Of a stretch of 64,000 nt of DNA, positions 1 to 8,772 are shown in pieces (positions within the stretch are counted from its first letter, which is position 1; each line of letters begins with the position of its first letter). Location: NCBI GenBank assembly GCA_963777155.1, contig CAVZPM010000039.1, positions 116,868 through 180,867 of the forward strand. The letters run 5' to 3'. Below the pieces are notes generated by a model that was not told where the DNA came from, searched no databases, and saw only the letters and a list, made by a program, of their open reading frames with translations. Source of the stretch: Candidatus Bathyarchaeota archaeon. GTDB lineage: Archaea; Thermoproteota; Bathyarchaeia; Bathyarchaeales; Bathycorpusculaceae. A program made the position numbers and the translations under genes.

Positions 1-95
1 AATTCCTTGTTCCTTAACTCAGCGAATAATAAAGCTGTCACAGCAGGAAGAAAAAACTCGGAAATACTATAAGGTAGAGCATTCAAGAGAAAAGC

Positions 96-410
96 CTAGG
101 ATAATCCAAAGGGTGCCGTTCCCCATGTGAGAAAAACATAAACCATGGAACCCAATAAAACCCCAAAAAATAGGGCTAAAGTTGTCGATTTCCCGGCTGT
201 AATTTTGCTTGTATTTGCTAAAAGATAGAATGCTGCAAAGAATAATCCAATTTCTACTAAGCTAAGAGCAAAGTTTGAAAAGGCAGAATATGAGAAGCTG
301 GCTGGGATTGCTAAAGAGAGAAACGAAAATCCCACTGTTAATCCAAAAGCAATTAGAAAGGATATCAAAGGTTTTTTCAAATTTATTCGCCCTTTAGCCG
401 TGTTAGCCAT
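96..410 (-). CDS. small hypothetical membrane protein (3 TM)
   Basis: 104-aa ORF with three hydrophobic stretches; no family recognised. Confidence 0.6.
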   Translation of the reverse strand: MANTAKGRINLKKPLISFLIAFGLTVGFSFLSLAIPASFSYSAFSNFALSLVEIGLFFAAFYLLANTSKITAGKSTTLALFFGVLLGSMVYVFLTWGTAPFGLS

Positions 411-497
411 TGGATTATTAACGGATAAAAGGTTTTCTTGACTTCTCCCTAACAGGCATAGTAATATTTAATTTCAGGTTTTAAATACCCTAATTCC

Positions 498-1247
498 GTG
501 CGAGGAATCCCACTTCTTATTCTAATATCTTCTGTTTTTTTCTTATTCATAAGTTACTTGCTTATAGCTCCCAGTTCTGAACAAATGATGATGAGTCCCA
601 CCCCTACCCCCACTTCCACGGTAAATAACTCGGGAGTCTCCTTTGTCTTAATTGGGATAACAATAGTTGTTTCCATTGCAATTGTTGCCCTTTACTTTTT
701 CTATTCAAAAAATAAAACCAAAAAAAGAGAAGTATCTCCTGAATCAAAACCTGCAACAATCGCAGGAAGACAACCAGTCGGTTATTCAAGAATAGATGCC
801 AGCGACAAAGTCTTAAGACCTTTCGATGTCTTCTTGTGCTATAAAAAGAGTTCAGGAAAAGACTACGCTGACCATCTAAAAACAGGCTTAGAAGAGCTTG
901 GTTTACACACGTTCGAGGACTGCAAAGACATCCCTCAGACCGTCGACACTGAAGAAGGCTGGGCATGTTCTCGCGATAAAGCGTTGGAGGAAAGCAAGTA
1001 TTTTGTCCTCATTATGACTCCTGGCTTTGATTTATCACGTGAGGTGACTAACGAAATTGGAATGGCTAGAAAGCAAACCAATAAAACATTTATTTATTTT
1101 AGACATCGGAGCATGGGAAGAAACATAGTAGTTAATTTGGAAAATGATTCTTTAGACATTGGAAAACTCGAACAAGTATCTTTTGAAACAAAAGAGGAGC
1201 TACTACGGCTTGCACATAACATCCTTTTGAAAGCCAAGACTCCTTAG
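498..1247 (+). CDS. membrane-anchored TIR-domain protein
   Basis: Two N-terminal hydrophobic segments separated by a PTPTPT linker. C-terminal part FDVFLCY..DYADHLKTGLEELGLHTFED..ALEESKYFVLIMTPGF..SREVTNEIG matches the TIR_2 pattern, including the catalytic Glu. Confidence 0.8.
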   Translation: MRGIPLLILISSVFFLFISYLLIAPSSEQMMMSPTPTPTSTVNNSGVSFVLIGITIVVSIAIVALYFFYSKNKTKKREVSPESKPATIAGRQPVGYSRIDASDKVLRPFDVFLCYKKSSGKDYADHLKTGLEELGLHTFEDCKDIPQTVDTEEGWACSRDKALEESKYFVLIMTPGFDLSREVTNEIGMARKQTNKTFIYFRHRSMGRNIVVNLENDSLDIGKLEQVSFETKEELLRLAHNILLKAKTP

Positions 1248-1256
1248 TTCCAGCTT

Positions 1257-1922
1257 CTATTCTGAGCTTCTAACCCAATCGGAAACAATTATTTCGTTAG
1301 TATTCCCAAATTCCTTAACAGTGACGATGCCGCGTTGGGCAAAACGAGCTACGATTCGATGTGTCTTGAGCCTGCTAAGCCCGGCTTCTTTTCCAACATA
1401 CTTTTGAAGGTACTTTCCTTGATGCGTAACCAAAACATTCAGAACTTTCTGTTCTTCAGGCGTCATAGTCCTTAACAACACACCACAGGTATTAGATGCA
1501 ATTTCTGAATTAGCGACAGGTCCCGAATCACTTTTGTTAGTTTCCATAGAAACGTTGTTTGTATTTGGCATTTCACAGGTTCTTTTAACGTATCTAAGTT
1601 GAGGATATGCTAAGTAAAAAGCAACTCCAATTACCGATACTGCGACTATGGCAATTAATGCTGTTGGGATTAGCCACAGATAAGAAGTTGATGTTCCATT
1701 GCCGTCGCCCATCATTCCGCCCATTCCTCCATAGTTTCCATTAGTACCCAAATGGGAACCCCACATTTGGCTCATCCAACTTGACCCGTAATAAGACGGG
1801 GAAGTAGCAGCTAAATACCAACCCACCAAGGCAAGAGACAGAAAAACGCTGAGTGTAATTATGAAAATAGTGAGAAAGATGTACAATTTTCGCATAATAA
1901 AGAAGACTTCATGGCTGAACAT
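1257..1922 (-). CDS. membrane-bound winged-helix transcriptional regulator (COG2512-like)
   Basis: Two TM helices flank a Gly/Met-rich loop (GGMGGMMG). C-terminal MTPEEQKVLNVL..GKYLQKYVGKEAGLSRLKTHRIVARFAQRGIV is a wHTH. True start probably MRKLY (~1895). Confidence 0.75.
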   Translation of the reverse strand: MFSHEVFFIMRKLYIFLTIFIITLSVFLSLALVGWYLAATSPSYYGSSWMSQMWGSHLGTNGNYGGMGGMMGDGNGTSTSYLWLIPTALIAIVAVSVIGVAFYLAYPQLRYVKRTCEMPNTNNVSMETNKSDSGPVANSEIASNTCGVLLRTMTPEEQKVLNVLVTHQGKYLQKYVGKEAGLSRLKTHRIVARFAQRGIVTVKEFGNTNEIIVSDWVRSSE

Positions 1923-1970
1923 TAAGTTTTACCCAATAAACCATTCATCCACTATATTTCTCCATCTTGG

Positions 1971-2001
1971 ACTGTTTCAGAACTGTTTCATGTTTGTTTC
2001 A
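1971..2001. promoter_or_regulatory. three 11-bp-phased direct repeats (core TGTTTCA), candidate operator
   Basis: ACTGTTTCA at 1971, ACTGTTTCA at 1982 and TTTGTTTCA at 1993, in the divergent intergenic gap. Confidence 0.6.
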
Positions 2002-2037
2002 GCCAACTGCCATAAGCCTCTATTCACATATTGTAAT

Positions 2038-2346
2038 ATGGTGATAAATCAAATGCAAAAAACAAAAGTAATAATTGCCTTGGTCGCCGTTGCAGTATTA
2101 ACGTTGACCATAGTGGGATTAGCCACAGCCCAAATAACCGCCAATCAACCCTACACTGCCACAGGCTCCAACAATGGTTTCTGGGGATGGATGGGAAGAT
2201 GCTTTGGATTCACAACCAACCAACCTTACAACAATCCATATGTCGCTCCACCAACCGCAAACAGTCCAATTCCCACCCCAAGTCAAGGCAACGGCAACTA
2301 CTATGGATTTGGACCGTGCTGGGCACGACTTAATCCAATACCATAA
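2038..2346 (+). CDS. small secreted/membrane-anchored Gly/Asn/Pro-rich protein
   Basis: Signal-like KTKVIIALVAVAVLTLTIVGLATA followed by GFWGWMGRCFG...YGFGPCW. Start is 2038 or 2053; the 1861 start overlaps the divergent gene. T-tract follows the stop. Confidence 0.65.
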   Translation: MVINQMQKTKVIIALVAVAVLTLTIVGLATAQITANQPYTATGSNNGFWGWMGRCFGFTTNQPYNNPYVAPPTANSPIPTPSQGNGNYYGFGPCWARLNPIP

Positions 2347-2482
2347 TTTTTTTGTGCACAAGAATCTAATCTTTCTCTCTCTGATTCTTCAACAACTGCG
2401 AGTTCTTCTTATTCTTCTATCTTCTCACTTACAGCACTTACTCTACTCACTCACTCGCATCTAAGGACTGTGTTTTTGCAGC

Positions 2483-3397
2483 CTATTTTACCACAGCATG
2501 TTTCTGTGATTTCCTCAAAAAGAGTACAGCTACCACTACAATGACAAGAACTAACACTATTGCTACAACATAGATAAAGTATGGAAAGCTGTCTGGTTGA
2601 ACAGGCACAACGGTCTCTTCTGGAGTTCCTAACACATAAACTACTTCGGGATTAATTAGCTGCCCATCGGCTGTCCAAAGGCTATTATCGTAACCTTCAG
2701 CTGTCACGTCATATCTGTAAATCTCTTCCAATCTGCCTCCTTCATTAAACCCGTTTAAAGAAACGGAAAAAGGACCAGTTTCATTAGGTGCTAAGCCTCT
2801 GCCTCCTTCCGCTGAGACAGCCAATACATCTCCATTCTCTTTGTAATAGGTTACATAGACGCTAAGGCTGTCCATATTTGTTGAGCCCGTGTTTTCTACG
2901 TTACCTTCTACATATAATGTGCTGTCAGCTTCATGGGAACTGTTTGATGCAATCACAAGGCTAGGGTAATACGTGTCAGCTGGCGAAACTGTCAATACCA
3001 AATCGTAGTGGTCAGCTACTCTGAAGTTGCCTTGGTCATCAAACCTAGAAAACCACATCAGAAAAGGGGATTTTTGACTTGAAAGCAAGGCATGAAGGTA
3101 ACAAGCGGGAGCATCAGGTAAAGAATCAGACAGATATGAGGCGCCAAGAATAGTTCCTGATGCATCGTAGAAGGTAGCGGTCAGATTGAATTTTTGTGCT
3201 TCTGACCCAAGATTCTCAACTTCACCAGCGACCAGGTAGTCGCCTTTGCTAACGGAAAAAGGTGCAGAACCATATGTTTGATAAATTGTTGAAGACAAAA
3301 CTCTAACATTTTCTTCCCCACTTACTTCGCTAGAAAAACCGACATATAATAATGATGTTGCTATCAACCCCAACAAGATTAAAGCTCTAATTCTCAT
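2483..3397 (-). CDS. FxLYD-domain surface protein with C-terminal TM anchor
   Basis: Signal peptide, two GEVEN/GNVEN...ATFYD/VTYYKENG repeats (FxLYD Ig-like), C-terminal TM and basic tail. Confidence 0.75.
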   Translation of the reverse strand: MRIRALILLGLIATSLLYVGFSSEVSGEENVRVLSSTIYQTYGSAPFSVSKGDYLVAGEVENLGSEAQKFNLTATFYDASGTILGASYLSDSLPDAPACYLHALLSSQKSPFLMWFSRFDDQGNFRVADHYDLVLTVSPADTYYPSLVIASNSSHEADSTLYVEGNVENTGSTNMDSLSVYVTYYKENGDVLAVSAEGGRGLAPNETGPFSVSLNGFNEGGRLEEIYRYDVTAEGYDNSLWTADGQLINPEVVYVLGTPEETVVPVQPDSFPYFIYVVAIVLVLVIVVVAVLFLRKSQKHAVVK

Positions 3398-3637
3398 TTT
3401 GGCACCGCTGCTTAATTTGGAGTTAATTCAGCATATAACAATTTCGAGATACAATAGACTCTGTATTTACAAATTGCAGCTGTTAAATACAAAGAAAAGT
3501 GTTCATCGCTACCAGTTCCTTCTTACTTCGGGAATTACCCCACCGCCTCTAAAGGATAATTGTAGTATATTTCACATCTTTTACCTCTAAATTCCCATTT
3601 CTCTATCTTAGAGAACACATGGGTTGATACCTCAATC

Positions 3638-4117
3638 TTAGGCATGATTAGCTCTTACCCCAACTACCACTCCAGCAACATCGGAATGTCCATAGGTTGC
3701 ATAGATACCGAAACGGAACCCGCCGTAACGGGCGAAATCGTCTGTTTGCACGAGGAGAGATAATGGGTGACTACCTTTCAAAACAAAAACAATCTTCTCT
3801 AGATCTCCTTTTCCTTTTTTTAGGATAGCTGGTCCTGCGATTTTTGTAAGTTTTCCCTTCTCATTGAATGAGTAAAATCCTGACAATTCAGAACCTTTTT
3901 CTTCCAGATATAGCCATCTGCCTTTCAACCGCTCCTTTAATTCTGGGTTCTGGTCTATCTTTGTAAGTGCCTCTTGATAGGTTAGTGCTCTAAAACCGTT
4001 CTGTTTTAGTAGGTTCATCGAGTTTTCCTGATTGACTTGTGTGTAAGCCAGAAATACTCCAGTAGTGCCAACCTCTCTAAACTCTACTTGTATTGTTTCT
4101 TTTGTCATTAGAACCAC
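3638..4117 (-). CDS. hypothetical protein
   Basis: 159-aa ORF; no family securely recognised. Confidence 0.6.
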   Translation of the reverse strand: MVLMTKETIQVEFREVGTTGVFLAYTQVNQENSMNLLKQNGFRALTYQEALTKIDQNPELKERLKGRWLYLEEKGSELSGFYSFNEKGKLTKIAGPAILKKGKGDLEKIVFVLKGSHPLSLLVQTDDFARYGGFRFGIYATYGHSDVAGVVVGVRANHA

Positions 4118-4295
4118 AGAATAATTGTGAGCTTGCTTCCTATTTAGTTTGTTTCTGGGATTATTGGTGGTCTTTTTGCTGCATTTAGGATTTAGATAAG
4201 GCTTATAACTAGAAATATGCTTTCAATTTAGTCCCAGAAAATTACTTTGCCCTAAGGCTGAGACAGCGATATAATTCTCTTCCTGGCATCAAAAC

Positions 4296-4994
4296 TTAGA
4301 GGTGTTGTGCTACTATCATGGCGTGTGCTTTGTCGTAGGGTTCCAAATCGACGATTTCTTTAACGTCGAAACCCCTGTTTCTTAGGATGTTGGCTTCTTG
4401 GCGATAGACTGCGTTGGGGTCCATGGTTACGTCGATGCTTTGGGATTTGCAGGCTAGCATTACCCAGCCTTGGGATTTGAGGAAGACATCAGCGTTGTCC
4501 GCCAGCAATTTGGCCTGTTCAGGTTGTGCTACGTCGCAGTAGATTGTGTCTACTTTTCCTGAGATGAACATGGCATAGCGTTCGGGCATCCGCGCATCTT
4601 CCAACATTGGAGAGATGTTGGTTCGGTAAGCAGCAACGTTATTGACAAGGTCCCGAAGTGAGCGCTGCGCGAATTCAATGCAGTAAACATGTCCGCTGTC
4701 GCCTACGATGTCTGAGACGTGGCTGGGAGTGGTTCCCGAAGCAGCACCCAAATACAACACCTTAAAACCAGGCTCAATAGGAACGTTTTGCACGCCTTTA
4801 ATGATGCCTCCAGCAAGTTTGCTACGGAAAGCGTCCCAAACACGGTATTCAACGTATTTGAATTTGAAAAGCCGTTCACCATAAACCCTTAAACCAGGGG
4901 TTAAGTTTTTTGTAGCGAGACGTTGTGCGCCGTCTTCAAGCATTACTTGGTAGATCTCTTTGAATTTTGGGTGCGGTTTAACTTTGAGGTGCAC
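4296..4994 (-). CDS. flpA: fibrillarin-like rRNA/tRNA 2'-O-methyltransferase
   Basis: EYRVWDAFRSKLA, VLYLGAASGTTPSHVSDIVG, DVAQPEQA and LEPYDKAH motifs. Likely GTG start at 4994 overlaps the nop5 stop; the ORF-track extension to 5270 is an off-frame read of nop5. Confidence 0.95.
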   Translation of the reverse strand: MHLKVKPHPKFKEIYQVMLEDGAQRLATKNLTPGLRVYGERLFKFKYVEYRVWDAFRSKLAGGIIKGVQNVPIEPGFKVLYLGAASGTTPSHVSDIVGDSGHVYCIEFAQRSLRDLVNNVAAYRTNISPMLEDARMPERYAMFISGKVDTIYCDVAQPEQAKLLADNADVFLKSQGWVMLACKSQSIDVTMDPNAVYRQEANILRNRGFDVKEIVDLEPYDKAHAMIVAQHL

Positions 4995-6402
4995 GCCTGT
5001 CTGGTCCCCGGTTTTGACCGCCACCGCTACTGCCCCCGCGTCGCTCGCCTCTATCTCGCCCGCCGCCGTAACCAAAATTGCGGCCTCCACCTCCGCCGCC
5101 ACCGTTTCGTGGTGGTCTTGGACCTCGATCCCCGCCGCCAAAGTTTTTACCGCCACCTCTGAATCCTCCTCGATCGTCTCTCCGTGGAGGTCGTTGTTCT
5201 CGGCGTTCAAATGACCCTTCAGGTCTCGGTTTAGCTTCTTTTGGTGCTGGCGGTTCCTTGTATTTTTCATGGATTTCTTCTATGCGTTTGTTAATGTCCG
5301 CTTTTAATTTGTCTCCGATGTAGTGTCCTCCTCCGAAGGCGTCTGCTCTGGCTGCGATGGCTAGTTTGCCTGCGATGACTCTAGCGATTTTTCCTCGTTG
5401 CCACCTTTTCGCGTCATGGAGCAGGGTGTGCTGGAAGATTAAGCCGTGTTTTGGTGGTCGGGCTCCTGTTTTTAGGCTACGGAAGAGAGCTTTTTCTGCG
5501 CCTATGACTTGGATGGTGCTTGCTGGTCTCATAGCCAGATTCTGTAAGCTTCCAGCCATAGCGATTAAACGTGCACCCAGAAGGGCACCTGCAACTGAGC
5601 GGACGTTAGGTGCCAGTTCCTCCATGGTGTGGTCAACGTAGTCTTCCATGTTCTTGCGTAACAAATAGAAATCAAGTACGTCCTTAGCTAAGGCTTGTAT
5701 CATCTCAAGGTCGGCTTCTGCAATGTCTGCGCCCATGGATGATTCAGCTGCTTTGGCAACAAGTTCGCTTCGTTCTTTCGGAATATTCTCTTTTTCCAGA
5801 TTGTCAACGGTAAAGTCTTCCCTATCACCCAAGTTCAAAACAAGCCGTGAATAAGTTTCATGTTTCTCAACTAAGCGGTCAAGTTCAGGGAAGTACACGC
5901 CATACCATTCACGGAGTCTACCCATGAATAGGTTAACGGTTTGGTCTAAACTATCGAGCGTTTGAATGCCTTGAGCAACAATTAGATCGCGCTTTCCAGA
6001 GGCACCTTTAATCCTTAGCTTAGCAAGTTCCAAGCTGACATTGCGATTCCACGTGTTTAGTTCTTGTTCGTCTTGGGCAAAACCTGTTTCGATTGCAACC
6101 TCTCCCATACGGGAATGCAACACTGCGGTTTCTGCTGGCTTGGCAACTTCGACTGCGATTTTCAGCTTCTTTTGAGCTTCCTCTGCCAATTTGGCGGATT
6201 CAAAAGCAAACGTGTCATAACCAACGCTTGCTAAAAGTGTGATTAGTGAAGAGACTTGGTCGGATATTTTTCCCGATTCGGTTCTAAGCAGGCTCTTTGC
6301 TGCCGCCTGCGCCTTTTTTGGAAACAATGCTTTTTCTACTAAGCCGTTATTTTCGTCAAAGGCTGCTACGCCGAAGGGAAATTGAACTATGAATAGTTTC
6401 AT
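4978..6402 (-). CDS. nop5: box C/D RNP scaffold Nop5 (Nop56/58 homologue) with RGG-rich tail
   Basis: RLREWYGVYFPEL and PASTIQVIGAEKALFRSLKTGARPPKHGLIFQH (Nop domain); directly upstream of fibrillarin. Confidence 0.95.
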   Translation of the reverse strand: MKLFIVQFPFGVAAFDENNGLVEKALFPKKAQAAAKSLLRTESGKISDQVSSLITLLASVGYDTFAFESAKLAEEAQKKLKIAVEVAKPAETAVLHSRMGEVAIETGFAQDEQELNTWNRNVSLELAKLRIKGASGKRDLIVAQGIQTLDSLDQTVNLFMGRLREWYGVYFPELDRLVEKHETYSRLVLNLGDREDFTVDNLEKENIPKERSELVAKAAESSMGADIAEADLEMIQALAKDVLDFYLLRKNMEDYVDHTMEELAPNVRSVAGALLGARLIAMAGSLQNLAMRPASTIQVIGAEKALFRSLKTGARPPKHGLIFQHTLLHDAKRWQRGKIARVIAGKLAIAARADAFGGGHYIGDKLKADINKRIEEIHEKYKEPPAPKEAKPRPEGSFERREQRPPRRDDRGGFRGGGKNFGGGDRGPRPPRNGGGGGGGRNFGYGGGRDRGERRGGSSGGGQNRGPDRRAPQS

Positions 6403-6696
6403 TTTCTTGGCCCCGATAAACTATGTATTGTCACTGCATTGTCTTAATAAATAGTTTCGCTACCCTAAACTTAAAAGAACCGTTTTCTCCATGTTAGGGC
6501 TCACGGCAGTTCAGGGAAACTCGCCCATTATTTAAGGACAAAAACACGATCGAGATTTACCCTTTTCTTTAGCGGCCATTTGAATCGCCATAACAGTTGA
6601 AAAATAAAAAAATTGGCAGCCACAGTTTTCGGGGTCTTAATGTTTTTTATCCTCAAAAAATTTAATAGAACAGCTATAAATTAAGTTCCAACAAGG

Positions 6697-7626
6697 ATGG
6701 GCAAACACATACCCGCTCAGAAAACAAAACAAAAAGCAGCTGAAGCCAAAAATAAAACAGTTACAATTGGGCTTATCCAAACCGTCGTTTCAGAAAACAT
6801 AGCGGAAAACATGAAAAAAACTGCTGAAAAAATTGAACAAGCCGCTAAATTGGGTGCCCAAATCGTGTGCCTCCAAGAACTCTACCGCACAACGTACTTT
6901 CCACAGCTGGAAAATCAGGATACAAAGGGCTTAGCTGAAACCATTCCCGGCAAATCTACAGAGATATTTTCTGGGTTAGCGAAAAAGCATGGAATAGTTA
7001 TCGTTGCGCCCTTGTTTGAGAAAAGCAGAGAAGGAAAATTTTACAACACGGCAGTGGTGATTAACTGCGACGGCGAAATAATGGGCACCTACCGGAAAGC
7101 CCACATACCTTACGACCCCTACTTCTATGAGAAAAACTACTTTGAAGCAGGCGACACAGACTATCAGGTTTTTGATACAAGTTATGCTCGAATTGGGGTG
7201 CTCATCTGTTATGACCAATGGTTCCCCGAAGCAGCCCGCATCAATGCTTTGCGAGGTGCAGAAATCATCTTTTATCCAACCGCAATCGGTTACGTTAAAG
7301 GCTACACCTCCGCAGATGGAGACTGGCATGACGCCTGGAAAACCGTGCAGCGTGCCCACGCCATAGCAAACGGAATCCATGTCGCCTCAGTCAACCGAGT
7401 AGGCGAGGAGGGCGAGTTGGAGTTTTGGGGTGGCTCTTTTATCTGCGATAGTTTCGGCAAAGTTGTTGCTGAAGCCAGTACTTCAAAAGAAGAAGTGTTG
7501 ATTGCAACGTTGGATTTGGGTAAGAACAAGAAAATCCAAGAAGGCTGGGGGTTTCTGCGTAATCGACGCCCCGATACATACAAGCAGCTAACCATGGGCG
7601 GCAGGAAGGGTGCAGAAGATGAGTAA
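6697..7626 (+). CDS. aguB: N-carbamoylputrescine amidase (carbon-nitrogen hydrolase)
   Basis: Nitrilase triad CLQEL / YRKAHIP / ICYDQWFPEAAR; FYPTAIG and FLRNRRPDTY; overlaps agmatine deiminase. Confidence 0.88.
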   Translation: MGKHIPAQKTKQKAAEAKNKTVTIGLIQTVVSENIAENMKKTAEKIEQAAKLGAQIVCLQELYRTTYFPQLENQDTKGLAETIPGKSTEIFSGLAKKHGIVIVAPLFEKSREGKFYNTAVVINCDGEIMGTYRKAHIPYDPYFYEKNYFEAGDTDYQVFDTSYARIGVLICYDQWFPEAARINALRGAEIIFYPTAIGYVKGYTSADGDWHDAWKTVQRAHAIANGIHVASVNRVGEEGELEFWGGSFICDSFGKVVAEASTSKEEVLIATLDLGKNKKIQEGWGFLRNRRPDTYKQLTMGGRKGAEDE

Positions 7627-8668
7627 CTCCGAAAAAAGCTGCCGTGAACAGGGCTTTTGTATGCCTGCAGAATGGGAAAAACACGACGCTATCTGGCTCG
7701 CGTGGCCGTATGACCCGACAACTTTTCCGGACCGGGTGCATCGCGTTGAAGCCGTTTACGTCCAAATAATCAAAGAGATCCATGAGGGTGAACAAGTAAA
7801 CCTCTTTGTCATCGATCAGCCTACTAAACAGAAAGCAACAAAGTTGTTTAAAGAAGCGAACATCGACCTAAACAAAATCCATTTCTACGTTTCCGATTAT
7901 GCTGACGTCTGGTTTAGGGATTATGGCCCCATATTTGTTAGAAACCAGAACCACGAGCTTGCAATGGTTCACTGGGATTTTAATTCTTGGGGAGAAAAAT
8001 ACGAAACGCTCTTAAAAGACAAGCAAATCCCTGCCGTTATAAACCAAAAAATGTCCATTAAATGCTTTAAACCTGGCATCGTTCTGGAAGGTGGCTCAAT
8101 AGATGTCAACGGCAAAGGAAGCTTGCTGACCACAGAGCAATGCCTGCTTAATAAGAATCGTAACCCGCATCTTGGCAAAAAAGACATTGAAAAATTCCTA
8201 TCCGAATACTTGGGAGTAACCAATTTTATTTGGCTCAAGAACGGCATTTTGGGCGATGACACCGATGGCCACATCGACGACCTAGCCCGATTCGTCGACC
8301 CAGCTACAATCGTTTGCGCTTATCAAGACAACGAAAACGACGTAGACTACGATGCTCTAAAAGAAAACTATGACATCCTGTGCCAATCGCACGATCAAGA
8401 CGGCAAAAAATTCCGTATTATCAAGTTACCCATGCCCAAAGTCGTCAGCGACGAAGATGAACGACTGCCTGCAAGCTACACAAACTTCTACATCGGCAAC
8501 CAAAAAGTTCTGGTTCCAGTTTTCGATCACAAAAACGACTCAAAAGCTCTCTCGATTTTGCAAAAGCTGTTCCCAGCCCGTAAGGTGGTCGGCATCCGAT
8601 GCGTTGACTTGGTTTACGGCTTTGGCACAATCCACTGCATTAGTCAACAACAGCCCTGCGGTGTTTAA
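7619..8668 (+). CDS. aguA: agmatine deiminase
   Basis: MPAEWEKH, WFRDYGP, LEGGSIDVNG, DDTDGHIDD and GTIHCISQQQP motifs; ATG at 7619. Confidence 0.92.
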   Translation: MSNSEKSCREQGFCMPAEWEKHDAIWLAWPYDPTTFPDRVHRVEAVYVQIIKEIHEGEQVNLFVIDQPTKQKATKLFKEANIDLNKIHFYVSDYADVWFRDYGPIFVRNQNHELAMVHWDFNSWGEKYETLLKDKQIPAVINQKMSIKCFKPGIVLEGGSIDVNGKGSLLTTEQCLLNKNRNPHLGKKDIEKFLSEYLGVTNFIWLKNGILGDDTDGHIDDLARFVDPATIVCAYQDNENDVDYDALKENYDILCQSHDQDGKKFRIIKLPMPKVVSDEDERLPASYTNFYIGNQKVLVPVFDHKNDSKALSILQKLFPARKVVGIRCVDLVYGFGTIHCISQQQPCGV

Positions 8669-8772
8669 GAGTCAAACATAACATGGCAAAGTCCATTTTT
8701 AGTTAAGTTTAAACCCTTAACCTCCATAATAGGTAAACCCCACAGTTTGAGGAGTTCTGGAGAGAATAGGGC

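Noticed and set aside
4995-5270. Acidic N-terminal extension of fibrillarin (ORF-track start 5270)
   Set aside because: It is an off-frame read of the Nop5 RGG tail; homology begins at the GTG at 4994.
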